From NCBI GenBank assembly GCA_002269645.1, contig NIVC01001414.1:248001-312000 (forward strand): DNA of 64,000 bases. The letters are read 5' to 3'. Numbering within the stretch: position 1 is the first letter of the stretch; the number at the start of each line of letters is the position of its first letter. The notes under the pieces were generated by a model that was given only the letters and a program-made list of their open reading frames with translations, did not search any database and was not told where the DNA came from. Positions 24,759 through 36,400 of the stretch are shown piece after piece. The position numbers and the translations under genes were made by a program. This DNA is from Macrostomum lignano. Lineage: Eukaryota.

Positions 24759-25366
24759 CACGGACTACTTTGTGTTTCGCATTTGCTTTATACAAGAAAC
24801 CTGTTATACCAATTTAGTCTATACCTTTTGCATACATTTTGATAAAAGCCTATAATATTAAAATGACATCAAAAAACATAATTGAATACTTAGACTTAAA
24901 TTATTATTCTCAAAATCTTTGTCTTATTTCGTCTTTTCACTCTTTTTATCCGATGCGATGGGCACAGAACCAGTGGTATCTATACCTGTACGTCTTCGAT
25001 AGGTTTTTCGTATGCCCAGGTTAAAGGTTCGCTCCACAGAGACAATCAACGGGGTAATACTGAAGCATCGTTTGAAGTAGGTGCTATATCAAGGTAAAGA
25101 GCCATATTTTATGCCATAGTGTCGCACTTCGAAACTCACCAGACAAAAGCTAGTACTCGTCGCTTGAAACTAATTTTAAGGTTTCTACATCGTTTTAATC
25201 ATACATTGCATATCTCACACCAACAAGGACTAAGTTATGTGCATCCTGTGAAAAAACTACACTTCGGCGAGTTTCTGGAGTCGGGCTACATAAAATTGAA
25301 TATTCAGCCTCCAATAAAATTTGCACGTTTCGCGCGTGTCGCGTCCTTCTACTTAAGTAGTCCGTG
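24759..25366. mobile_element. 608-bp non-autonomous TIR element (MITE) with 8-bp TSD, inserted in the PLE ORF
   Basis: Perfect 12-bp TIR CACGGACTACTT/AAGTAGTCCGTG; TSD GGGTCATC at 24751-24758 and 25367-25374. Confidence 0.93.
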
Positions 25367-26310
25367 GGGTCATCACGCTGCAAATGCTGCACCCACTCAC
25401 AACCTGCTCTCTCCGCCCAGGGGCTGAAACCGGCTTCCGGTTTTTTAATCTCTCAGAGCCTGTCCTGTGGCTCCAAGAATATCATCTATGGCATCTCCTG
25501 CAACCAGTGCCACCCTGGGAAGATCTTCTATGTAGGGATGACAAGAAGAACAATGAGAGATAGAATGAACCAACACAGGTCAAATATTAACAGGAGGGTC
25601 GTGACTTCGGGATCAGAGCACTTTCTCACCCCCAATCACTCGATTGCAAACTTTGTCTCCATTGCTATCGAACAAATTCTTAATAACAACAAAATCGAAC
25701 TTAGGGAAGAAATCTGGATTAAAAAACTGGGGACTGACAAACCGCCGGGTACGAACATCAGGGTCGACAATCATCTTCTCCGACCCATCCCATTGGTCCT
25801 TCCTTTTCACCCATCTACGGTCTGGCTTGCCAACGAGATTGCTAAAAACTTTGATAAGCTACAAAATAAACCAGGCTCCCGCATACTGCCCGCTTTTACA
25901 CGGCAACGTAACTTACAGAGCCTCCTGGCGCCCAATAAGTTCAAGTCTCAGCCAGGAAACATTTAATCATTTTAACCAATGCGCTATTTGTGCCTATAGA
26001 ACTACAATATTTATTCACTTTGTCGTGTATTTTACTCAAACTGCTTGATTGTACGCGCAAATATCGATTTTTATGCTCCCACCCTCAATACCGCATTTTA
26101 TTTAATCGTACTTCGAAAAAACAATTTTTTAATATACTAAATATACCGTCGCTTAAACTGACCGGTTGAAAGCCTCTGGGACAAGTTAGAGCTAGAATGA
26201 ACCCAGTTTAAATGTACACCCCTCATATGTACAGCAGCTCAGCAATTTTATTTGACTGAGAAAACTAATACTTAAAAGACCAACTTGCACTGCATGAAAC
26301 ACTGATTTTT

Positions 26311-26348
26311 GGCCTGACGAAGAGCCCAGAGGCTCGAAACCGGTAGCC
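26311..26348 (+). ncRNA. Minimal type I hammerhead ribozyme at the PLE 3' end
   Basis: GGC-CTGACGA-A-GAGCC caga GGCTC-GAAA-CCGG-TA-GCC: conserved core, stem II, palindromic stem III and stem I GGC/GCC. Confidence 0.8.
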
Positions 26349-27178
26349 CATATTAAATTAATTAGTCTTTTGATTTTTGAAACACGCCGTGACCTCTCTT
26401 CTCTCTCTCTCTCTCTACCTTTCTTTAGCTTTCAAATTATAAATCAGGCATGAAGTAACTGTATGGAGTTATACGAGTAGTTAAAAATCATGACAACGAG
26501 TACAACTTTGCTTGCATTATAAGGCAGCCACCGCAAGATTTCCTAACTTCAACATCCCTCTCTCCACGGAAGTTCAGACTTTCAAAGAGTAATCTCGGGT
26601 ACTTTCAGCACAACTATTACATTGAAGCGTATTCAATACGTTTCTAACGTATTCTGATTCCAGCTATGCAAATGCTTAATTATAATGCCACATTCTCTCA
26701 ATGAGAATCGTTAGCACAAACTTTTCACCGTTAAAATCCACCCGATTCCTTCCCCTGTCTCAAAACTGCAGAGAAGTCTTATGATTTTCAAAACAACTTT
26801 TTACTGGTTAGGGTTTTTCTATAAGTATCTGACCACCAGCAACAGAGTTTGAAATATTAAACAGCATTATATAGATCTGTTTATCTTCGCTCTAGAGACA
26901 TAGGTGTACTGAAGAATTTAAATGTTTAGAAATTTTTTCATCACAACGTTCAGAAAGTAAAAAAAGCAATCATACAAGATTAGACCATTGGCAATTAAAA
27001 GTATCAATAGAGAAGATGTTCTACGAGCGGAAGTCGACGCCCCTTTTTCTAGTTTTTTGCATAAAATAGTAGCTCTTACAGACAGAATTAATGCGATTTT
27101 GAGGCAGTGTAAAATTCTGTACTGAAAGATCTCATAACAATTACTACAAAAGCATTGTGCTGCTCTGCGACCACTTAC

Positions 27179-27227
27179 ATGTGCTGGAGATTCTGCATCA
27201 GCGCTCTCCTTTTGGGCTTCCTGAGCT
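27179..27227 (-). CDS. 49-nt exon (AQEAQKESADAESPAH)
   Basis: atttcag| ... |gtaagt; phase 2 to 0 joins the long ORF to the first ankyrin exon across the PLE-containing intron. Confidence 0.72.
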
Positions 27228-27296
27228 CTGAAATGGGACGATACATTGTGTCACCACTATGATAATGATAAAATTGCACTGTTAAAACTGTCTTAC

Positions 27297-28378
27297 ACTT
27301 TTGCTGCTGCCTGCAGCATGTGAGCGGTGTTTCGGCAGGGCACCGTGAAGCACTCCAGCTGAAACGAGTGCTCCTGAGCCAGCTGCTCACACTTGGAAGC
27401 CGCAGCACGCAGGAACTGGTCATCGCTGAACTCGCTTAGTACCTGTTCCGCTGACAGAGCTCCTGTGTCCTGATAGCATTCTCCTTGTTGAAAATCGAAT
27501 AGAATTACTCGGATTTTCAGGCCAGAATCCGATTCCACTCGAATTCGAGTCACGTCATGGTTGGGCAACCGCTTACGTTGACATTCGACTTCTTTTCTGG
27601 TCTTCAGGTACCATTCGCACGTGCTGATCTCGTTGAACAGAATGCACAGATAAACTGGCGTAGAACGCTTTGAGCTCTCAGCGATGCAATGCTCCAACTC
27701 TTCATTGACTGCTTCATCTTCTCCGTTTAAGCAGGAAGTCACAGCGACTCTCATCGAGCACTGGGGCTGATCTCCGATCGTCACCAACGCATCGCCTGCC
27801 GTCAAGTCCAAAAGTGACTCAAGACGGGTTTCTCCCGGGACCCTCAGTAGATGGCAGAACACAAAAGCGGATGACAGGAAATGCCTGATTGAAACGTCAT
27901 CAAGCAGCTGCGGTTGGACTGAGGATTTGAGTATTCGGTCAGCAGTGCTTGGATCGACTTGAATCCTGAGCTGCTTGACTCCAGTCACTTTGATCAGTTG
28001 CGATACAAGTCTGCACAGATCACCGAGCACTGGGGGAAAAGTTGCACTGAATCGCTCGCTTAAATTCGGCAAGCCCGTGAAGGTGACTTTTACCGAGTGC
28101 AATGAAGACACCACTGCATATGGAGCTTGATCCGATCCGGTCGTGTCTTCAGAATCATGAGCTTCCAGACTGGAAATCGTGATCTCACAGCCGGCGTCTT
28201 GGCTGTTGGAAGTTGTGAGTCTCAGAACTGGACTTGCCTCGACAGGTCTGCTTATGTTGTTACGTTTTGACTGAGAAGATCCCAGAATATCACACAGCTT
28301 GAGCACGGTTTGCCGGATGTCCACGCAATTTAGAATGTCCATACTTTCTTTGGTGATTGGATTTCGTTTTTTTGTTGG
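27297..28378 (-). CDS. Large exon (~360 codons) of unrecognised domain, N-terminal part of the ankyrin-kinase gene
   Basis: 349-aa stop-free, non-repetitive ORF; ttttttacag| acceptor at 28378 and |gtaag donor at 27296. Confidence 0.72.
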
Positions 28379-29332
28379 CTGTAAAAAAGAACTTATCTAA
28401 TATAAAGGACCACTAGTTGTTATAGTATGGTCTTGGCTTGTACATGTATTGAAGCAGCGTCTCTCGAAGAGACAACTCTATAGCTATTTTATAATACGAG
28501 CCTAATACCTCTATAGGGAGGCAACGGATAAAGAAGTATTTTTATGAAAAAACATGTGAGTCATGAGCTTCCATTTTTAATTTCTTAGGTGGGAGAGGGG
28601 ATGGAGGAGAAAGGAGGGAAACATAGGGAGATATCTACTTTAGAGATGGAGGGATGTAGCAACTGTGCGAGTTGGCTGCATTCGAGAGAGGGTATCGGTA
28701 AGAACAATGTTTTCGATGGCCATTGCTGCAGTGAAGCTTTGGGTGGTGCTGTATTGGAAGAGTCTGTTGTCAGAGTAGCAGCTGTCAGTCACATGTGCAT
28801 GCTGCCTGCAGCCCAGTTTGCCCTTATTGTCAGCCTAAAATTCATAATATGCCGAAATTTTTCACCTTTTAAACAACGATATTCTACTTCGGCTTCAACA
28901 TCAGTCGGCAGCTCTCTTATCAAAGCTGCTGGCAGAGGTATTGCGAATCCTAATGAGAGAACGATGTTAAACCATCAAAGAGGCTTGGAGAGAAAAAAGC
29001 ATGGAAGCAGAAAGGCTTCGGCCAATGAAATCTTTATCAGCTGGGGTCGGCAAAAAGTTTTGGGGCGTTGACGGTAGTGGGACCGCCTGCGGCTTAGTGC
29101 GGATGCAGTGAAATAGGCACAAATTGGCGCTGGGGTAGCTGCGGTTCTGGGGTGAGTCTGGGGGTGAGTTATATGTTCAGCAAGTGTATCGGGGAATGTG
29201 CAGGTGTATTGGGCGCATGAATGTGCATTGGGTGCATGGATTAAAGGCTTAATGTGCTCACAGGTCCCTAGCCAGAAGCAACGCACCAACCCGCAAATGA
29301 ACCGCAGAGTTTCGCAGCCACGAGAGACTCAC

Positions 29333-29407
29333 CGGCAGATCTTCAAGCGTCAGCAGGTCAGGGTGGACAGTCAGACTCCGCACCCCAGAATCCGCAACAT
29401 TCGTGGA
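29333..29407 (-). CDS. Possible further 5' exon (STNVADSGVRSLTVHPDLLTLEDLP)
   Basis: gttcag| and |gtgagt flank 75 nt with an open phase 0-0 frame; connection to downstream exons is unproven. Confidence 0.3.
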
Positions 29408-29954
29408 CTGAACTGCGCATTTAAGCAGTGGCTGTTAGAGGTGCAGAGGCTGGGGTAAACATTCAGCTGTGACTGTTAACTTGCCGCCTTTGGCTATCCT
29501 GGGACCGGAAATTCTACGCAAGGTGTAGAATTCTAGGCAAGTTCTATTCTAGGCAAGGTGCATGCACCTGATCTGTGCCACGCCAAATGGTCGGCACATA
29601 GATAACACCGCAATGAGTCACTTGTGAAATTTAAATGTAAAACTTTCAAAAAATGTGAATTTTTATTATATTAATATAACTGTGGTGCTTGTTACATTTC
29701 TTTTGTCTTGAGTTCATTCAAATATTGCGCATTTTTGTTGCGTTCCAGCCTTGGCCGCGTGAGTAAATGATGTAGGAATAAAAAACAGCAAGACGTGGGC
29801 ATGTTGGGCGCTGATAAATATAGGATGCTTACTTTTTGTTTATTAGCTCATTTTCTCAAATACCTCAGTCAGAGGCAGCAAGTGCCAGCTGGGTCTACCG
29901 GAGGTCACTTTTCTCAGCACGGCGCCATCGTGAAACTGCGCAACATCCTGTAGT

Positions 29955-30404
29955 GGGCGATCGCTTTCACAAACCCTAAATTTCACAAACCCTAAATTTC
30001 ACAAACTCTAAATTTCACAAAGTCGCAAGACACAAACTTGCATAAGCTCTAAATTTCATAAAACCTAATTTTCACAACGTCGAAAAGTTGTGCACAGAAT
30101 TTCATAATCTCTAAATTTCAGAAGCTCTAAATTGCACAAGCCCTAAATTTCACAAACCCTAAATTTCATACACCCTAATTTTCACAACGTCGAAAAGTTG
30201 TGCCCAGTATTTCATAATCTCTAAATTTCACAAGCCCTAAATTTCACACATCTTTCTTCCACAATCTTTCTGTATCTCCATAGTGTTTTTAGGCGTTGTG
30301 AAATTTAGGGCTTGTAAAATTCTGTGCATGCCTTCTAGGTGTTGTGAAATCTGCTGAATTGCTTATGTTCGACGTTGTGAAAACTAGGGTTTGTGAAACG
30401 ACCC
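29955..30404. mobile_element. Mutator-like (MULE/foldback) MITE
   Basis: Termini GGG..CG(C)TTTCACAAACCCTA are inverted at both ends, with internal (aaaccctaaatttcac) repeats. Flanked by a 9-bp near-TSD tcctgtagt/tcctggagt. Confidence 0.75.
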
Positions 30405-31309
30405 TCCTGGAGTGGCAGGAACCCCGATTCCCCTCTCGCCGTCACATCTTCCTCTCTTCCCTTCTCCTCATCCTCTATTTCTCTCCCCCTCTTCCCCTTT
30501 CCCTCTTTCACCTTCCCCTCTTCCCTCTCCCAGTCTCAAGCGAGCTTATCCAGCCAGCAGAACTCGAGCCGCTGTCACCCAGAGAGCCTGCGTCCTGTTT
30601 TCAGTCTCATAAAAAACTTATTTCTCAAGCCGATCGGCCCTGCGTCAGCTTAGCAAATAAACTGTGTGATTTTTAATGTAAGCAAATACTACTCGCTTGG
30701 CCAGTTAGTAGTAGCAAGTTGCGGGTATTTATTCTATACTGTTTTCAACTGATCGAGCTTCTGTATAACAACTATTTGCAAGGCGGAACTGAGAGCGCAT
30801 TAATATCCCAATTTATCCCCAAAGCCAGAAGTACACTTGATCGAATTTCAGCTTCTGCCTGTCTGTCTCTTACTGTTTTTCCCTGTTTTTGTGCAACCCC
30901 AAATCTGTAAATTTTCTGTATTCATAAATGTGAATCGCTGTTCAAGGAACCCGCGCTGGTTTAAATTTTCTTTTGCAATTGCAAGATGAATGCAAATATA
31001 AATATTAAATAAATATGCATCCCCGATCTGATGATGCGACTCATTCAGACTGAGTATTGCGTGCCAAGGCATGCAGTGATGTGGTTTGTAGCTGAGTGCC
31101 ATCTCTGCATTCGCTAGGTAGTTGTATGGAGAGCAGTGGATGAGTTTTAGCTTAGTATAAACTGTCACAGGTTCAGTGTTCAGTGCCTACTTGTAGTAGT
31201 AGTGATGATTAACTAATCCAGTCAGTTTAGTGCCTTACTTTTGCTTACTTTGGACAGCATGGATGGCTTGGTGATTTGGGAAATGCAGCCTCTGCAGTGC
31301 AGGGCTCTT

Positions 31310-31860
31310 ACTGCCTCTGCCCCTCTCCCTGCCTCTGCCCCCTCTCGCCGCCTCTGCCCCCTCTCCCCGCCTCTGCCCCCTCTCCCCGCCTCTGCCCCCT
31401 CTCCCCGCCTCTGCCCCCTCTCCCCGCCTCTGCCCCTCTCCCCGCCTCTGCCCCCTCTCCCCGCCCCTGCCCCTCTCCCCGCCTCACCCCCTCTCCCCGC
31501 CTCTGCCCCCTCTCCCCGCCTCTGCCCCCTCTCCCCGCCTCTGCCCCCTCTCCCGCCTCTGCCCCTCTCCCCGCCTCTGCCCCCTCTCCCCGCCTCTGTC
31601 CCCTCTCGCCACCTCTGCCCCCTCTCCCCGCCTCACCCCCTCTCCCCGTCTGATCTTCCTCCTCTCCCCGCCTCTGCCCCCTCTCCCCGCCTCTGTCCCC
31701 TCTCCCCGCCTGATCTTCCCCCTCTCCCCGCCTCTGCCCCCTCTCCCCGTCTGATCTTCCTCCTCTCCCCGCCTCTGCCCCTCTTCCCGCATCTTCCCCT
31801 CTCCCCGCATCTTCCCCCTCTCCCCGCCTGATCTGCCCCCTCTCCCCGCCTCAGCCTCTC
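31310..31860. repeat. C-rich 19-20-bp minisatellite (ctctccccgcctctgcccc)n
   Basis: Tandem units; source of spurious Pro-rich ORFs. Confidence 0.92.
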
Positions 31861-32994
31861 CTTACTCTCCTCTCTCCCCAGCACAATCCCTAACGCTGTA
31901 AAACCAGCAGCACCTGTGTAAAGCTATTTGTTTGTTTTTTTTGTTTGTCAGCAGAACCAAATTCTTAACCAGCCAGCTATCGGGTTCCTTGTAAAGTACA
32001 TCGAGTACTTGTTGATTCTCTGTTGCTAGCACAGTGTATCAGCTTTCATCCCAAAGTTTTTATTGTCAGATTCTGTGAGCAAAGATACTTCAGTGCCTGA
32101 ATTTCCCCTGAGGCTAAAATTTATTACAAATTTTCACAGAATTTTTCCCAATTTTAATGTTTTACTGCCCCCATCGGACTGCCACCTGCCAATCACCTGG
32201 TGCCAAAAAGTACAAACTGATATTTGCCACAAAACTGTCTGTCCCGCACTAATTGATTGTCTTTGAAGTTTGCCGCCAGCAACTGTTGGAATTGCTGATC
32301 CCAGTCTCTCAAGCGAGCTTCGTACACAGACAGATTAGCAGTGCTCAGCCTTGGAAGGATTTTTATTAATATATTTAGCGCTTATTGTATACATTTTCAC
32401 TGCCTACTGGCCTTAGTAGTATCTATTGCGAGTTTGTGCCTATTCATAAATTCTATTGCTTTGGTACTTATTAATGAATAAATAGTGAATCATATTGTGT
32501 GTTGAAGTTTTTAATTAAAATCTTTAACTTCTGGCTTACAGTGTGCACTTTTACAGGCTGACTTTACAGCACCTGGATTTTGTGCCCCATCTCTCAGTTT
32601 CTGTGGCTCTGCAGTGCCAGGCATTCTAGAGCTGCCTAATGGCTGTTTTTGTTAATTCTAATTCATTTGTTAATTGCTCTCACCTGGTGCCCTGACTAAC
32701 TGGTTCAAGAGATAAAGTACAGTGTGTACTTTCTGGTTTCTCTGGTGCACCTGAGACACCCTGTTTTTGCAGAGTGCATAGTTTAATTAGCTTATATTGT
32801 GTACTGAATATTTATAATTTAGCCCCAACAACATTTGAACTTTTGTTTTTTTCAAATTGTTTGTTTTTTAATGAAAAATAGAATGAAGCCTTCGCTACGG
32901 AGAGTGAGCTGGTTTGGAGTTCCAGAGAGGCTCAGGTGGGCGATGAGCTCTGCTTGTTTCCAATGTCATTTCAGCAGCTGTGTGCTCAGGCAGG

Positions 32995-33008
32995 CAGTCA
33001 GGCAGTCA

Positions 33009-33059
<51 letters not shown>

Positions 33060-33398
33060 AGTCAGTCAGTCACCCACTCACTCAAATCAGTCAGTCAGTC
33101 AGTCAGTCAGTCAGTCAGTCAGTCAGTCAGTCAGTCAGTCAATCAGTCAGTCAGTCAGTCAGTCAGTCAGTCAGTCAGTCAGGCAGTCAGTCAATCAGTC
33201 AGTCAGTCAGTCAGTCAGTCAGTCAATCAGTCAGTCAGTCAGTCAGTCAGTCAGTCAGTCAGCTAATCAGTCAGTCAGTCAGTCAGTCAGTCAGTCAGTC
33301 AGTCAGTCAGTCAGTCAGTCAGTCAGTCAGTCAGTCAGTCAGTCAGTCAGTCAGTCAGTCAGTCAGTCAGTCAGTCAGTCAGTCAGTCAGTCAGTCAG
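32995..33398. repeat. (CAGT)n microsatellite with cacccactcactc interruption
   Basis: Directly visible. Confidence 0.95.
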
Positions 33399-33491
33399 TG
33401 CCGCTCCCTCATCACTGCAGAGCCAGCAGCCCTCAGCGACCCCCAGGCTGCCCAGGCCCGCCCTCAGTGCCACTCAGTGAGGCTGCAAAGC

Positions 33492-36400
33492 ATGTCTGTC
33501 AGCTTCATCAGGCGCAGTCGCTACAGGCTGGAAGATGACTCGCTGGATGCAGATGGTGAGTTTCTGTACTCAGAAAAATCAATCGGGCAGAAAATACAAA
33601 AAATTGCCTGGCCGGGGAGGGGCTCAAACCCTCGACCTTCGCGTTATCAGCACGACGCTCTAACCAACTGAGCTACTCGGCCGCTATGGTCTCAGCGCCT
33701 CGGATTGTTCTCAAATAGCAGTGCAGTATTGATTAGCGATCTGTTCGGCTTATCGGCTGGTTCTGCTGCTTTTATTGCCTGGGAGCAGAAATTTTTGGGG
33801 CGAGCAGAGGGGTAGAGAAAAGCAGCGGGTGTTCCTTCTTGGCTGCTTGTTGTTTCTGCTTCTGCCAGGGATCTGAGCAGGGTCTCTGATTCTGCCAAAT
33901 GTTTCAGGGCATTTCTACTTCTGCCAAATGTTTCAGGGCATTTCTGCTTCTGGCAAATGTTTCAGGGCATTTCTGCTTCTGCCAAATGTTTCAGGGCATT
34001 TCTGCTTCTGCCAAATGTTTCAGGGCATTTCTGCTTCTGCCAAATGTTTCAGGGCATTTCTGCTTCTGCCAAATGTTTCAGGGCATTTCTGCTTCTGCCA
34101 AATGTTTCAGGGCATTTCTGCTTCTGCCAAATGTTTCAGGGCGTTTCTGCTTCTGCCAAATGTTTCAGGGCATTTCTGCTTCTGCCAAATGTTTCAGAGC
34201 ATTTCTGCTTCTGCCAAACATTTCCAGGTGATCTCAGCAGGGCTGCATCTCCTCGCCGGCAGCCTCGGGTCGCCACCGCTACGCCTTCGCTCATCGTCGC
34301 CGCCTCCCCTGCCGCGCGGGCGCGAGCCAAAAGTAGGTCGCGTGCTGTCGTGCTTGCAGCTGCTTGAGGCATTTGGCCCGGGGTGGTTCTGAGTCACCTG
34401 ATCCTAGGGGACTTTGTGGCTTTGATCCCCATTCACCCTCCCTGATCCCAATTCACCCTCTGATTATCAATCACCCTCCCTGATCCCAATTCACCCTCCC
34501 TGATCCCAATTCACCCTCCCTGATCCCAATTCACCCTCCCTGATCCCAATTCACCCTCCCTGATCCCAATTCACCATCTGATTCTCAATCACCCTCCCTG
34601 ATCCCCATTAACCCTTCCTGATCACAATTCACCCTCTCTGATTCTCATTCACTCTCCCTGATCCTCATTCACCCTCCCTGATCCCATTCACCCTCCCTGA
34701 TCCCCATTCACCCTCTCTGATTCTCATTCACCCTCCCTGATTCTCATTCATCATCCCTGCTCCCCATTCACCCTCCCTGATTCTAATTCACCCTCCCTGA
34801 TTCTCATTCACCCTCCCTGATCCTCATTCACCCTCTCTGATTCTCATTCACCCTCCCTGATCCTCATTCACTCTCCCTGCTTCTAATTCACCCTCCCTGA
34901 TTCTCATTCACCCTCCCTGATTCTCATTCACCCTCCCTGATCCTCATTCACCCTCCCTGATTCTCATTCTGACCCTCCCTGACCCTCCCTGACCCTCCCT
35001 ATTTCTTATTCACCCTCCCTGATCCTCATTCACCATCCCTGATCCCCATTCACCCTCCCTGATCCCCATTAACCTCCCTGATCCTCTTTCACTCCCCATT
35101 AGATCCCCACCGCACAGAATTCCCACAGCACACAAATCCAATTCCAAGGCAAAATCCCGGGCGAAGCAGCCCCGGTCCGCTCCCACCGGAATTTCCCACA
35201 CTTCAAATCCCCTCCCCAGCCCTCCCTGCCGCCTCTCCTCCCGCTGCTCCTTGAGCCGGAAGCGGCAGCGCCAAGTCAGCCGTGTCAAATTTTATTTATC
35301 AGAGGCCTGAGCAGCGCTGCTCAGAAATCTGCCCTCAGCAATTCCTGCCTCAACTGCCCGAGCGCTGACTGACTGCTCAGCTGCAGCAATGCAGTGCGGC
35401 AGCTCTTATTCTTCTTCTAGTAGACAGAGTCTGGCAGCCGCCGCAGCAAGCTCAAAAAGCTACTCAGCAACTCAACAGGGTGCCTTGCATTTTCTCATTC
35501 AACTTGGCGTGTCATTTTGATTGACAGCTCGATTTGCATTGATGCACTCTTCTCGATTTCAGATGCCAGAGTTCTGCTGAGTTCCGGCTCAGCATCCGGT
35601 GCTGCATCAGCTGCTGCAGGCAGCGACAGTTCTCAGGGCGAGCGGCAGGTTCGGTACACGGTGGAGGAGGCGGTTGAGAAGCTGGGGTTCGGCAGGTTCC
35701 AGATTAAAATCCTCTGCATCACCGGCATCATGTCTGTAGGTTGCTGCTTTTGCGGAGTCTTGAGAACTGCTCTCTGATCCCATTTGAGAACTGCTCTCTG
35801 ATCCCATTTGAGCACTGCTCTCTGATCCCATTTGAGTACTGCTCTGTGATCCCATTTGAGCACTGCTCTCTGATCCCATTTGAGCACTGCTCTCTGATCC
35901 CATATGAGCACTGCTCTGTGATCCCATTTGAGCACTGCTCTCTGATCCCATTTCAGTACTGCTCTCTGATCCCATTTGAGTACTGCTCTCTGATCCCATT
36001 TGAGCACTGCTCTCTGATCCCATTTGAGCACTGCTCTGAGATCCCATTTGAGCACTGCTCTCTGATCCCATTTGAGCACTGCTCTCTGATCCCATTTCAC
36101 AAGTATTGCCTCAATATCCGCACATTGCTACTGCCGCACGGACTGTCAGTAGTGCAGCTGGCATTTTGCAATTTCAATGCAGGCAGCGGACGCAATGGAG
36201 ATGCTGCTGCTGTCAGTGCTGGGCCCGGCGCTCCGCTGCGACTGGCGCCTGACGTCAACCGAGGTGGCCGGCATCACCACTGTGGTGTTCGCTGGGATGC
36301 TGCTCGGAGCTCCTGGCTGGGGCGCCGTGTCAGACAAGCGAGGTCGCTGGAGCGTGTTCGCCCTCAGCCTCTGCCTCATGGCCTACTTCGGCCTGCTCTG

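Larger units (their letters stand above)
23131..26420 (+). mobile_element. Penelope-like retroelement (Neptune-like: RT, Cys-rich linker, GIY-YIG endonuclease), frameshifted, antisense within an intron
   Basis: LLDRGLNFIPT, KPDKGNAVVI, FYLLPKIHK, GRPIVS, DVQSLY, GTAMG..APSYA, RYIDD, FLDMTI; then PCGSSRCKCC and IYGISC..FYVGMT..RMNQH..E..WI..L. Frameshifts near 23335, 23525 and 23945. The 5' boundary is uncertain. Confidence 0.93.

Noticed and set aside
27420-27530. Roc/Ras G3-like motif (IRVILFDFQQGECY) suggesting a ROCO protein
   Set aside because: No P-loop GxxxxGK(S/T), no DxxG glycine and no COR-like region; the resemblance is too weak without a profile search.
31241-31884. Pro-rich and Arg/Gly-rich ORFs
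   Set aside because: Products of the C-rich minisatellite.
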